NCBI GenBank assembly: GCA_963813715.1
Contig: CAWFAK010000005.1
Coordinates: 832,001 to 896,000, forward strand
DNA from: an uncultured Planctomycetaceae bacterium
Lineage (GTDB): Bacteria; Planctomycetota; Planctomycetia; Planctomycetales; Planctomycetaceae
Reading direction: 5' to 3'
DNA: 64,000 nucleotides
Each line of letters starts with the position of its first letter. Position 1 is the first letter of the stretch. The notes under the pieces are model-generated. The model did not search any database. It saw only the letters and a list, made by a program, of their open reading frames with translations, and was not told the DNA's origin. Positions 10,532 through 20,904 of this stretch are shown here, in pieces. Made by a program: the position numbers and the translations under genes.

Positions 10532-11590
10532 CTAGGCCCCGTTTTGCTCAGGCACGATCTCGGGCGCCGACGATCCGCCGCCGGCAATCGCCATCCGCAT
10601 CCGCGTATCGGCCTGCACGTTCTTCAATTCGTAGTAGTCGAGCAGCCCCAGCTTGCCCGTGCGGAACGATTCCGCCACGGCCAGCGGCACCTGGGCTTCG
10701 GCGAAGACGACCTTGGCACGATTCTCCTGGATGTGGGCGACTTCCTCTTGCTCGCGTGCTCGGGCGGCCGCCCGCCGCTGCTCGGCCTTCGCCTGAGCGA
10801 CGCGCATGTCGGCCTCTGCCTGGTCCGCCGACAGCCGAGCCCCGATGTTTTCTCCGATGTCGATGTCCGCGATGTCGATCGACACGATCTCGTAGGACGT
10901 GTGGGCCTCGAGCCCCTGGCCGAGCACGGTTTGAGAAATCCGCTCGGGGTTCTCGAGCACGGTTTTGTACGACTTGGTCGAGCCGATCGCCTGCACGATG
11001 CCCTGACCCACGCGGGCGATCACCGTCTCTTCGGTCGCCCCGCCGATCAACTGGCGAATGTTCGTCCGCACCGTGACGCGGGCCCGCGCCTTGAGCTGAA
11101 TGCCGTCGCCGGCTACCGCGTCGAGCGTGCCGGCCGACCGCTTGGGATCGGGGCAGTCGATCACCTTCGGATAAACGCTCGTGCGGACCGCCTCCAGAAT
11201 GTCTCGCCCCGCCAGGTCGATCGCTTGGGCCGTTTGCCAATCGAGATCGATGTGTGCCCGATGGGCGGCAATCAGGGCTCGGATCACGTTCGGCACGTTG
11301 CCGCCGGCCAGGTAGTGGGCTTCCAGTGCGCGGGTGGTGATCGGGTAGATCCGCGTCACGCCCGCCTGCACGGCCATGATTTTGCTGCGCACGATGATCG
11401 ACGGATTCACCTTGCGGATCGACATCATCATCAGCTGCCAGATGTTGATGTCGGCCCGGGTGAAAATGCACTGCACCCACAGCGTGAAATAGCGGGCTGC
11501 GAACACCATAAAGATGATCGCCGCCACCACAATGACCAGGCCGCCCACGCCAAACCACGACGACGGCTCGAAATCGGCAAGCAGCATCAT
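10532..11590 (-). CDS. floA: Flotillin-like protein FloA (UPF0365)
   Basis: [53 protein letters not shown]. Confidence 0.95.
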   Translation of the reverse strand: MMLLADFEPSSWFGVGGLVIVVAAIIFMVFAARYFTLWVQCIFTRADINIWQLMMMSIRKVNPSIIVRSKIMAVQAGVTRIYPITTRALEAHYLAGGNVPNVIRALIAAHRAHIDLDWQTAQAIDLAGRDILEAVRTSVYPKVIDCPDPKRSAGTLDAVAGDGIQLKARARVTVRTNIRQLIGGATEETVIARVGQGIVQAIGSTKSYKTVLENPERISQTVLGQGLEAHTSYEIVSIDIADIDIGENIGARLSADQAEADMRVAQAKAEQRRAAARAREQEEVAHIQENRAKVVFAEAQVPLAVAESFRTGKLGLLDYYELKNVQADTRMRMAIAGGGSSAPEIVPEQNGA

Positions 11591-11718
11591 GTCACTTTTC
11601 TTTCCGCAGCAACATCTTTCCGCGTTTGCGGTTCGAGCTCAAGGGGCCAAGATCAATGGTCCGAGCGAGCCCGCGCAGAGGCCCTACAATCTCCCAAAAC
11701 CGCGGCGTCTTCCTCAGA

Positions 11719-12897
11719 TTATCGAATCACGGCGGGGCCGCAACAAGGCCAAGGTCCGAGCAGGTGCCGTTTCATGACCGCGATTGGACTCAGTCTTTTT
11801 GTCGACGCGACTGACGCGCGGCGGACTCGACAGTTGCAGAGAACGGCGGCTGCAACTGCGCCCGAATCGAGCCCTGGAAGGACAGCGGTGGGCACTCGCG
11901 CGTAGCGTTCGGTGCCTTTCCAGCGACGTCCGAGCGTCTTCAGCCAGCCCCAACGCTCGGAGGGCAGCGAATGCGTGGGAGGCTCGATGCCGGCCGTTTG
12001 CAGTTGGGCGTACGCTCGGGCCACCGCCGACAGATATTCGCCATAGATGGCCAGTCCGGCAGGCCCCACGTCGTAGAACTTGAACAGCCGCGCCCGCCGG
12101 TTGGGCAGCAACCGCAGTCCGTGGAAGTGGTAGAAGACGGGGTCGAGGCGCGACGCGCTCCGCTCGGCGAAGTACCGCACGTTCCAGGGGGCGAGCGTTT
12201 TTTCCACTTGTTGCGCGATGTGCACGCAGTCGCCGAACAGCGACGGCCATTGGTCGAGATAGACCTGGTCGCCGAACTTGCCGTCTTCGTAACGGGCGAA
12301 GCACCATTCGAGGCAGCGGTCCTGCCACCACCGCATCACTGCGTGTGCCTGGTCCGAGCGGTCGAAGGTCAAAAACTGCACGCAGAAGCGGCCGCTGTCG
12401 TGCGAGCGGTCGTATTCGGGTGCGTACGCATGCTCGGTGATGAGCACGTGCTTTCCCGACCGGTCGAGCTCGTCGAGCAGAATTCGCGGGTCGGCCAGAA
12501 AAAACACGTCGGCGTCGACGTACGTCGCCCGCCGGGCCGTCGGATCGCGATCGAAGACGGCCTGAGCCGTGAACGGAGTCAGCGTCCAGCAGTATTCCGC
12601 CCGCGTACGTCCGGGCTTCACCGCCAGCAGCTCGGGCGTTTCCAGCGTGCGCAAGGGAATGACAGTGAGATCGGGCAGAGCCAGCTGCGCGAGATGTTTT
12701 TCCACCGCGTCGTCGATCGCCACGACCCACAAGCGAAACGAGCCGGCCTGCGCGACGAGCGACTCGTAGAGCGCGAGTCCGATCGGCAGAAACGAATCGT
12801 CGAACAGCGTGACGAAATGCTCGCGAGGAGCGTCGGCGCGGCGCGCTGGCTCACGTCGTCGCGTCCTCGGTTCGTCGGTTGCCGCGTCCGCGACCAC
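11719..12897 (-). CDS. Putative glycosyltransferase (GT-A fold)
   Basis: HFVTLFD, EYCWTLTP, YVDAD (DxD), GKFGDQVYLDQWP, FYHFHG; exact ends uncertain. Confidence 0.75.
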   Translation of the reverse strand: MVADAATDEPRTRRREPARRADAPREHFVTLFDDSFLPIGLALYESLVAQAGSFRLWVVAIDDAVEKHLAQLALPDLTVIPLRTLETPELLAVKPGRTRAEYCWTLTPFTAQAVFDRDPTARRATYVDADVFFLADPRILLDELDRSGKHVLITEHAYAPEYDRSHDSGRFCVQFLTFDRSDQAHAVMRWWQDRCLEWCFARYEDGKFGDQVYLDQWPSLFGDCVHIAQQVEKTLAPWNVRYFAERSASRLDPVFYHFHGLRLLPNRRARLFKFYDVGPAGLAIYGEYLSAVARAYAQLQTAGIEPPTHSLPSERWGWLKTLGRRWKGTERYARVPTAVLPGLDSGAVAAAVLCNCRVRRASVASTKRLSPIAVMKRHLLGPWPCCGPAVIR

Positions 12898-14028
12898 TGG
12901 CTGATTGCCGCGATCACGCGGTCGACGTCGGCATCAGCCAGCTGCGGAAACATCGGCAGGCTGAGGATTTCCTGGCAGAGCCCGCTTCGTGTCTGCTGTG
13001 CAGGTCGCCAAACACGAGCCCCCGGTCGCGATAGGCCGGTTGGAGATGCACGGGTACCGGATAATGGATGCCGGTGTGGATCGAGCGGCTCGCCAGGTAT
13101 GGCGGCCAACTCGTCCCGTGCCGGACGTGCGGATCACATACTGATGAAACACGTGTTCGACGCCGCTTGCCGCCGTCGGCAAGCCGAGTCCGAACCCGGC
13201 CAGTCCGGCCGAATAGCGGGCGGCGATCGCCCGGCGACGCTCATTGTCCGCGTCAAGCCGCGACAGTTTGACGCTGAGAATGGCCGCCTGCAGCGCATCG
13301 AGCCGCGAATTCGTGCCAGGGAACGCGCTGACGTAACGGTCGCGCCAGCCGTACTCGCGCAGACCGACGAGCCGCTCGCGCAGCCCGGTATCGTTCGTCG
13401 CGACCAGCCCGCCGTCGCCGAACGCGCCGAGGTTCTTGGTCGGATAGAAGCTGAAGGCCGCCAGGTCGCCGAACGTTCCCGTCCGGCGTGCCGCCGATGC
13501 GGGCCCCGTGCGACTGGGCGCAGTCTTCGATCACGCGCAAGCCGTGTCGCCGGGCGACTTCGAGGATCGCCGGCATGTCGGCCGGATGCCCGTAGAGATG
13601 CACGGGAATCACGGCGGCCAGTCGGCAGCCGGCGATCGAGCTGTGGCTTCGCACCACGTCTTCGACGGCCGCCGCGGTGATCGTGCAGGTGATCGGGTCG
13701 ACGTCGATCAGGACCGGGCGGGCGCCGACCGCTTCGATGGCGGCCACCGTCGCGACGGCGGTGTGCGAGGGAGCGATGACGGCCTGGCCGCGGACCGATC
13801 TCCAGAGCCCGCAAGCGCCAGTTCGACCGCGTCGGTTCCGCTGCCGACGCCCACGCAGTGCCGCACGCCGAGATAGCTCGCGAACTCGGCTTCAAACCGC
13901 GCGACCGTTTCGCCCAGGATGTAGCGCCCGCCGGCCAGCACGGCGGAGATCGCCGCGTCGAGGGCTGCCCGCTGCGCGACGTACGACGCGCCGGGATTGG
14001 CTTGGGGAATGGCAGGTCCGTCGCTCAT
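12890..14028 (-). CDS. DegT/DnrJ/EryC1/StrS aminotransferase (multiple frameshifts)
   Basis: YILGETVARFEAEFA, VGVGSGTDA, IPVHLYGHPADM, IEDCAQSHGA, HVFHQYVIR, ILSLPMFP spread over several frames; 3' end approximate. Confidence 0.85.
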
Positions 14029-14033
14029 CGGCA

Positions 14034-15095
14034 CTAGCGGTAATGGTCCAGGTTGGTGCGGAAGAAGTCGAGCGTCTGCTTGAGCCCGTCTCGCAGAGAA
14101 ACGTGCGGCTGCCAGCCCAGCGTCTGACGGATGAGGGCGTCGTCGGCGTAGAAGTCGCCAATATCGATGCGTTTGCGGTCGGCGGGGAACTCGCGTTGGA
14201 CGAACTGTCCGCCGCCGTTGACCTCGACCAGCAGCCGCGCGAGATCGACCAGCGAGGTCACCTCGCCTCCGCCCAGGTTGAAGATCTGTCCGGCGGCCTG
14301 AGGTCGCACGGCTGCCAGCAACAGCGCCTCGACGCAGTCGTCGACGTAGGTGAAGTCGCGCAGTTGTTGCCCGCCCCAGACCTCGAACGGCTTGCCCTCG
14401 AGGAGCAGGCGAATCCAAACGCCGACGAAGGTTTGCCGCGCGTCCTTGATCCGCATTCGCGGACCGTACGTATTGGTCAGCCGCAGGGCGCAGGCCGGCA
14501 ATTCGTACACGTCGTGGTACAGGCGGTGATAGAACTCCCCGGCCAGCTTATTGATGCCATTGACGTCGACGGGGCGGAGCGGATGCCGCTCGTCGACGGG
14601 GAGCCGTTCGGGCCGCCCATAAATCTGCCGCGTGCTGGCAAAGACGATCCGCACCCCCGGATTGAATTTGCGACACGTTTCCAAAATCGACAGCTGTGCG
14701 CGGCAGTTGATCTCCAAATCGGTGAAGGGATCCTCCATCGAATCGAGATGGCTCGTCTGTCCGGCCAGATTGAAGAGGAAGTCCTGCCCGGTGACGTGCG
14801 TGCGGAGACTGTAGGGATCGCGGACGTCCGAGATATTGACGCGTACCCGGTTTTCGAGCCCCTGAATGTTAAATCGGTTGCCGCCGTATTCGGGCACCAG
14901 GCTGTCGACCAGCGTGACCGTTGCGCCAGCTTCGACGAGCCGTCGCGCCAAGTTGGAGCCGATAAAGCCGAGCCCGCCCGTAATCAGGACCTTCGCCCCC
15001 GAAAAGCGGCCGGCGTCCGGTTGTGCGGCGCCGCGCTGCGTCGGGTCGGGCTGTGCGGGGCGACTTTCATTCACAAGCGGCTCGCGATCTTCCAA
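14034..15095 (-). CDS. NAD-dependent NDP-sugar epimerase/dehydratase
   Basis: TGGLGFIGS, FASTRQIYG, NGINK, RLTNTYGP, RDFTYVDD. Confidence 0.92.
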   Translation of the reverse strand: MEDREPLVNESRPAQPDPTQRGAAQPDAGRFSGAKVLITGGLGFIGSNLARRLVEAGATVTLVDSLVPEYGGNRFNIQGLENRVRVNISDVRDPYSLRTHVTGQDFLFNLAGQTSHLDSMEDPFTDLEINCRAQLSILETCRKFNPGVRIVFASTRQIYGRPERLPVDERHPLRPVDVNGINKLAGEFYHRLYHDVYELPACALRLTNTYGPRMRIKDARQTFVGVWIRLLLEGKPFEVWGGQQLRDFTYVDDCVEALLLAAVRPQAAGQIFNLGGGEVTSLVDLARLLVEVNGGGQFVQREFPADRKRIDIGDFYADDALIRQTLGWQPHVSLRDGLKQTLDFFRTNLDHYR

Positions 15096-15112
15096 CCAGG
15101 CTCACTCTCAGA

Positions 15113-16105
15113 CTAACTCTGCGCAGGCGGCGGACCCTTCAACACGCGGCGGGCCATCGACCGCAGTCCCCGCAGGCCGATTCGCAATCGGTGTCCGGCC
15201 TCGCTCCGTCGCAATTTCTTACGAATGATGCGTTCCGATTCGCGGGCCAGTTCGGCAAACACAGGCTCTGCCGTGGCTGTCCCCGCCCGCCGGGCCAGGT
15301 CGAGGGCGAAGCCGTGTTGCTCGCGGGTCGAAGCGATCACCCAGCCGAGTAGCCAGTCTCGCGTCGAAAACTGCCCGCTGCCGTGGAACGTATTCAAATA
15401 GGTCATTTCGCCCCAGCCGGGAGCGGCCCGCAACACGGTGGACAGCAGCCCGGTCCGGCCCTCTTCGAGGCGTGCTGCCTCTTCGGGCGACACTCTCAGC
15501 GTACCACGGACGTCGAGGTCGCACAGCCAAAACTCGGGCCGATCCATAGCCGCCAAGACCGTCGACAGCTTGTCTTCCCCCTCGTAGGCGTCGATGATCC
15601 CCGGCTCAAACTCGACGGCCAGCACGCGTAGGCACAAAGCCTCGCCCAGGCTCTGAAACAGCCGGAGATCGGTCCCCTGCGAATCACTCTTGAACCAGTC
15701 GACGCGATCGACGCCGGCTTCTTGCAGGACCTTCAGCAGGCCGACACAGGGGACCCGCACGGTTCGTTCGACGTCGAAGAGTCGGGCGAAGCTCCAATGC
15801 CCCAGGGCGGCCGCGTCGGGACGCAGGCGGCTCGAGCAGTAGGGTGAGCGGGTCAGATGGAACTCGGCCTCGCTCACGTCGTCGGCTGCGGCCGCGGCGG
15901 GTACAACATGCAATCGGCGGTAGCCGGATGTCTCGGCGTGCACTGCTTCCATGGCGCGACTGTCGGGATCGAAGGCGATGCAAATCGCATACGGGGCCAG
16001 GGCCCGCCACTTGGCGTTCGTGCCGCCCGAGGCACCGACCTCGACCAATACCGGCGGCTCGGCCGTGAATTCAGGTCGCGACAGGATGCGGTCGACGAGT
16101 TCCAA
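15113..16105 (-). CDS. FkbM-like SAM methyltransferase
   Basis: VLVEVGASGG, IAFDPD, VDWFKSDSQG. Confidence 0.75.
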   Translation of the reverse strand: MELVDRILSRPEFTAEPPVLVEVGASGGTNAKWRALAPYAICIAFDPDSRAMEAVHAETSGYRRLHVVPAAAAADDVSEAEFHLTRSPYCSSRLRPDAAALGHWSFARLFDVERTVRVPCVGLLKVLQEAGVDRVDWFKSDSQGTDLRLFQSLGEALCLRVLAVEFEPGIIDAYEGEDKLSTVLAAMDRPEFWLCDLDVRGTLRVSPEEAARLEEGRTGLLSTVLRAAPGWGEMTYLNTFHGSGQFSTRDWLLGWVIASTREQHGFALDLARRAGTATAEPVFAELARESERIIRKKLRRSEAGHRLRIGLRGLRSMARRVLKGPPPAQS

Positions 16106-16135
16106 GGCGGTCTCTCAGGTCGACAAGCGGATTTC

Positions 16136-16972
16136 TCAGGTCGAATCAGGACGCTCGAACAGCAGGCCCGTATCGCCGGCCTTGGCTCCGTCGACGTGAA
16201 TCGTTCCGGCCAAAGCGTCAAACTCGTCCAGCAGTCGATACGCGGGCAGAAAGTGTGCCAGCACGCGGTCGCGATTGAGAATCCACGCCGGGTAGCTGAC
16301 GGCAAAACCGTAGATCGACGGGGGCACGCTTTGCACGGTGAGTTGATCGCCGGCTTCCCAGAGAGGCGTGCGATCGAGGATCACATGGCTGAGCCGGGCC
16401 CGGGCGACCTCCTGCAACATGGCGTGCGGATCCTCCACGTAGGGGAGCACTCCCGAGAGCACCGCCACGTTCACGCTCTCGGCCGCCAGGCAGGACGACA
16501 AGTCGCGGAAAAATCGCAAATTGTCGTTCTGAAAGTGCGCGATGCCGCAGTCGACGAAGGCGGATTGCTCCACCACGTTCCACCGCAATGGTCCGACTCC
16601 CTCCAGCAATCCGCGGCACTGAAAATAGGTGCTGCCCAGGGCACCGCCGATATCCACCACATTCAACGCACCACCGTTGCAGAGGGCGGCTCGTAACAGC
16701 CCCACGACGAGCGGATACGAGTGCGCGATTTTGTCGAACCGCACCGAATCGCGTTCGTAGGCCGCTTCCCCGCGAGCGACGGCCAGCTGCGCCTGTTTGA
16801 CCCGTTCGACGATGGCCGGCACGTCGTAGCCGTCCGAGTGACGGCGGGCGTCTTCCCAGGTGTCAAAGCGTCCAGAGTAGCGCACGGCCCCGTTCGCAGC
16901 AGTTCCTGAAAGTGCCCGACGAAGGTGCGGCGGAATCCAGCCAGCCAGCCAGTGCTTCAAATCGGCTCTCAT
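16136..16972 (-). CDS. TIGR04325-type methyltransferase
   Basis: YERDSVRF, VVDIGGALGSTYF, WNVVEQ, LSGVLPY, SYPAWI. Confidence 0.85.
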   Translation of the reverse strand: MRADLKHWLAGWIPPHLRRALSGTAANGAVRYSGRFDTWEDARRHSDGYDVPAIVERVKQAQLAVARGEAAYERDSVRFDKIAHSYPLVVGLLRAALCNGGALNVVDIGGALGSTYFQCRGLLEGVGPLRWNVVEQSAFVDCGIAHFQNDNLRFFRDLSSCLAAESVNVAVLSGVLPYVEDPHAMLQEVARARLSHVILDRTPLWEAGDQLTVQSVPPSIYGFAVSYPAWILNRDRVLAHFLPAYRLLDEFDALAGTIHVDGAKAGDTGLLFERPDST

Positions 16973-17494
16973 GAAAGATCAAGGATGACCCGGCGGCGGA
17001 CGGGTTGCGAAAGGACGCGGCGCTTGGGGGAACACCCAGGAAGAGTGGCCAAAAATCTACGATAACCCGGCGGTTTTGCCCCGGCAAGCGGCCTCAGCCG
17101 ACACTGCTTTGGCCTGCTAAGCACACTGACTACCGGTTAATGACTGACCTGGTTTCGCGGCTTGGCCACCCCATGGATGTAGGTAGATTTCGCAGCTTGC
17201 GGAATTGGTGAGATTTGCGCCGTCTTATGCGTTGAAGTTGGAACTCCGAACTGTATAGTGGGCGATTCAGGTGGACTCTATCAATCAAGTTGAGTTCACC
17301 GATGAAGCGGACTTGCTGGATTGGCGAGAGCGGAAAAGGGCCGACAACGGGGGTGCTTTCGGAATCTTGGCGAATCACGGCTGGGGCACGCCGTGGTCGC
17401 CGGACATCAACAATCGTTGAGTGCAGGTCGCGCGGACACAGGCTCTAGCGTTTCCTCGAACCCACATTGCTGTTTGCTAAGGAGGGGAATTCGG

Positions 17495-18112
17495 ATGTTC
17501 AAGTCGAGATGGTTCTGCGGCCTAGCCTTAAGCGCTGGAATGGCGCTTGCGACGCACCAAGCCGTCGCGCATCACCACCACTCCCACGGTTCCTACGGGA
17601 GCTGCGGCTCCTCGGGTGGTTCGTACGGCTCTTACGGATCGTCGGGCGGCTCGCATGGCTCGCACGGTTCTAGTGGCGGCTCTTGGGGCTCGCATGGCTC
17701 CAGTGGCAGCTCGGGTGGCTCATATGGCTCTTACGGCAGCACGGGCGGCACCGTGATGACGACGAGCACTCAGTCGACCGGCACAGTGTATACCAGCACG
17801 GGTCCAACCTTTGCCGAGCCGGCGCCGATGACCGCGAGCTCGGACGCGAATGGACACCTCACGCTGACCGTGCCGGAAGACTCGATCGTCTACCTCTGCA
17901 ACCAGCCGATGACGATCGCCGGCCCGGTTCGCGAATACGTCATTCCCGGTCTAAAGCCGGGACATGAGTACCGCTACCCGGTGCGCGTGGAAGTGACGCG
18001 CGGCGGCCAGCTGTACCGCGCCACCGCCGAGCCGCGGATTCAGTCCGGGCAGCAACTGGCACTGGCGTTCGGCGATGCGATCAGCAAGACGCCGGTCGTC
18101 GTCAGCAAGTAA
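17495..18112 (+). CDS. Secreted Gly/Ser-repeat protein with C-terminal TIGR03000 domain
   Basis: AAGGAGG RBS; signal peptide ending QAVA; HHHHSH then GSxGSxGSSG repeats; LTLTVPEDS..GPVREY..PGLKPGHEYRYPVRVEVTRGG. Confidence 0.85.
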   Translation: MFKSRWFCGLALSAGMALATHQAVAHHHHSHGSYGSCGSSGGSYGSYGSSGGSHGSHGSSGGSWGSHGSSGSSGGSYGSYGSTGGTVMTTSTQSTGTVYTSTGPTFAEPAPMTASSDANGHLTLTVPEDSIVYLCNQPMTIAGPVREYVIPGLKPGHEYRYPVRVEVTRGGQLYRATAEPRIQSGQQLALAFGDAISKTPVVVSK

Positions 18113-18187
18113 CGCAGTCTCTCGCGCCCTCGCCCGAGTGATCGTGTGAGGCTTAGACCGCGCCAGGCTTGAGACCGTGTGAACTTG

Positions 18188-18238
18188 AAAACAGGGAAGG
18201 GAGGCTCCTGCGGGCTTCCCTTCCTTGTTTGTTTTTTT
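18188..18238 (+). terminator. Rho-independent terminator
   Basis: ACAGGGAAGGGAGGC / GCTTCCCTTCCTTGT stem followed by TTTGTTTTTTT. Confidence 0.8.
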
Positions 18239-18336
18239 GCTTCAGTGATGGCTGCGCTTCGGCGCGAGTGCGTGGACCACTTGTGGTCGACTGCCTCGTC
18301 CGGGCCCACGGCGCAGGACTTGGTGAGCTCCGTCAC

Positions 18337-19209
18337 ATGTCCACAAAGCGCCTGCTTCCGCCTGCCGCTTGGCGGGCTCTGCGATCCCGCGTCATCCCGA
18401 TCGTTCGCCGTTGGTCGCGTCCGGCCGGATTTTTGCTGGTCAACCTGTGGCTGATTTACCATTTGGCGGCAATCGTGTTGGCTCCGTGGTCCGTGCCGCC
18501 GGCGTCGCGGCTCATCCAGAACTCGTGGCGGGCCGTCGGGACCTACGACCAGGCCCTGTTCTTGAATCACGGCTACCACTACTTCGCTCCGGAGCCGGGG
18601 AACAGCACGCTATTGGGCTACGTGCTCGAAATGCCCGACGGGTCGCTACAAACGGGCCGCATTCCGAACCGTCAGATCCATCCCCGGCTGCTCTATCATC
18701 GTCACTTCATGCTCACCGAATCTCTGGCGTCCGATGATTGGTCACCGCAGGTCCGCGACGAGCTGGTGCAAGCGATGGCGAGCGAGTTGTGCCGTGAGCA
18801 CGGCGCGCGGCGCGTGACTTTGTCACGCGTCAGTCACGAGTTACCGTCGATGGAGTTTGTGCGGGCCGGTGGCACGCTCGACGATCCGGAGAAGTATTCC
18901 GAGGAGCCGCTCGGACGGTTCTCATACGACGACCAGACACAAACGGCCCAACTCGAGTCGCCTGCCGGCCTGGAAGCCGAACGGGACGACACGCCTCCGC
19001 TGGCCAATGCACGCTCCGCCGACACACGACCCACATCCGCGACCGGTCCCGCCATACCGATCGAAATTGTTCCTGCACCCGATCGCGCAAATGAATTCTC
19101 CCCCGCTGGCCTCGCGCTCGCTCAGTCGGCGGATTCCGCCCGGCGTTCGCCAGCGTGCGCGGCGCGCGTGGGAAGGAGTCTGGGGGCCGTGGCGCCGCTT
19201 CTGGTTTGA
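18337..19209 (+). CDS. Membrane-anchored DUF5819/SdpA-like partner of HTTM protein
   Basis: One TM helix, HGYHYFAPEP motif (W/YxxFAPxP type), PRLLYHRHFMLTE; 3' end uncertain because it overlaps the next gene. Confidence 0.6.
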   Translation: MSTKRLLPPAAWRALRSRVIPIVRRWSRPAGFLLVNLWLIYHLAAIVLAPWSVPPASRLIQNSWRAVGTYDQALFLNHGYHYFAPEPGNSTLLGYVLEMPDGSLQTGRIPNRQIHPRLLYHRHFMLTESLASDDWSPQVRDELVQAMASELCREHGARRVTLSRVSHELPSMEFVRAGGTLDDPEKYSEEPLGRFSYDDQTQTAQLESPAGLEAERDDTPPLANARSADTRPTSATGPAIPIEIVPAPDRANEFSPAGLALAQSADSARRSPACAARVGRSLGAVAPLLV

Positions 19210-20904
19210 GCCGGCCGACCCCACGCCGCTGGCCGTGATGCGGATCCTGTTCGGCGGCATGCTGCTCTATACGCAGATCGTGTGGGGGCTCAATCTCGAG
19301 GGTTTCTTGGGTCCGCACGGCTGGCAGGGGGAGACGTTGGTGCGGACCCTGCAGGCCGATCAGTTCGCCTGGTCGTTCTGGTGGTGGGTTCCCGTCAGTC
19401 TGCACGTCACCGTGCACCTCGTTTGCCTGGTGATTCTGGCGGCCTTCATGCTCGGGGCGTTTACGCCGACGACCTCGGTGCTCGCGTACCTGATCACGAT
19501 CGCGTATGCCAACCGTGCTCCGATGGCCAATTACGGTCTCGATCAGATCAACGGCATGGCCGCCCTTTATTTGGCGATTGGTCCCAGTGGCCGCGTGCTG
19601 TCGATCGACCGGCTGCGGCAGCACCTCCGCGCGGCCCGCACGCGGCTCTCCCAAGGATTGGAGCCGGCGATCCCTCCGTCGCAGCCATCGGCACGCGCCA
19701 ACCTGGCGCTGCGGTTGATGGAAGTGCACTTGTGTGTGATCTATGTCTTCGCGTGCCTGTCGAAGCTGCAGGGCGAGAGCTGGTGGAACGGCTTGGCCAT
19801 CTGGCAAGCCGTCTCGAATCTAGAATACCAGTCGCGCGATTTGACCTGGCTGGCCTGGTACCCGTGGCTGGTCAATCTGCTCACGCACGCCACGATCGCC
19901 TGGGAAATGACGTTCTGGGCGCTCGTGTGGCGTCCCGCGCTCCGCCCGTTCGTGCTGCTCGCCGGCACCGCGATCCACCTGGGAATCGGCGCCTTCATGG
20001 GGATGTGGACCTTCGGGCTAGCGATGATCTTCGCGTACATCTCGTTTCTGCCGGGAGAACCGATGGCCGCGCTCATCGGCCGCGCGACGAGCCAAGTCGG
20101 CCGACTGCTACGGTGGCTGGGCGTCGACATGGAACCGTCCGCGCGTCCCCGCCTCCGGGCCGCCTGGTTCGCGCTCGGGCTCACGGGCGAGTCACCGCCG
20201 CCGGATCATATCGACGCACAGCCTGCCGCGGGCGCAACCCCTGCGAGCCTGCCGGTCGCCACCACGACACCGCTGGCCACCGCGACTGCGATTCCCATGC
20301 GCGAGCCTTCGTCGACGCCTCTCGATCGAGTGGCCGCGCCTGGACCTGCCGCGAACGGTCGCCGCGATTTGCCTCAGATGCGGCCGTCGATCCTGGTGGT
20401 TGAAGGCCGTTTGAAGCGGCAGGCCGAAGTGCAGGAGTATTTTCTCAAGCATGGCTTTCGCTGCCATGTCGCGTCCGAGTTACATCAGGCGCGGTCGATG
20501 CTGGCGGTCATCGAGTTCGATGCGCTGATCGTCACCTCCTCCTGGTTTCCCGAGGATGAACTGGCTGCCTTCCACGACGGCTTGATCGGCGGCGGCACGG
20601 CGCTGCCGGCGAGCGTGTTCCTGTTGGGCCCGGTCGCGGGCAGACCTTCCCGCGTTTTCCCGAGACATCCCGGCATCGCGTGCTCATCGGCAGCCTGAGC
20701 CTGCGCGAGCTGCGGCACTTGGTGCTCGAAGTGCTCGGCTTGACCGAGGAATCGTTGCGGCCGTTCGTGAACCGTCGATCGCACTCGAAAAACGGTCATC
20801 GCTCGGCGACGCCCGACCGCCCCAAACTCGCAGACGAAGACTTGCCGCCCAAGACGACGTCCGACGTGCCGTCGATCTCCAGCGGAAATGGATCTTCCCC
20901 ATGA
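19091..20904 (+). CDS. HTTM-domain (vitamin K-dependent carboxylase/SdpB-like) membrane protein with C-terminal receiver-like domain (frameshift ~20650)
   Basis: PLAVMRILFG, IYVFACLSKLQGESWWNG, HLGIGAFMGMWTFGLAM; tail SILVVEG..GFRCHVA..FDALIV. Confidence 0.8.
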
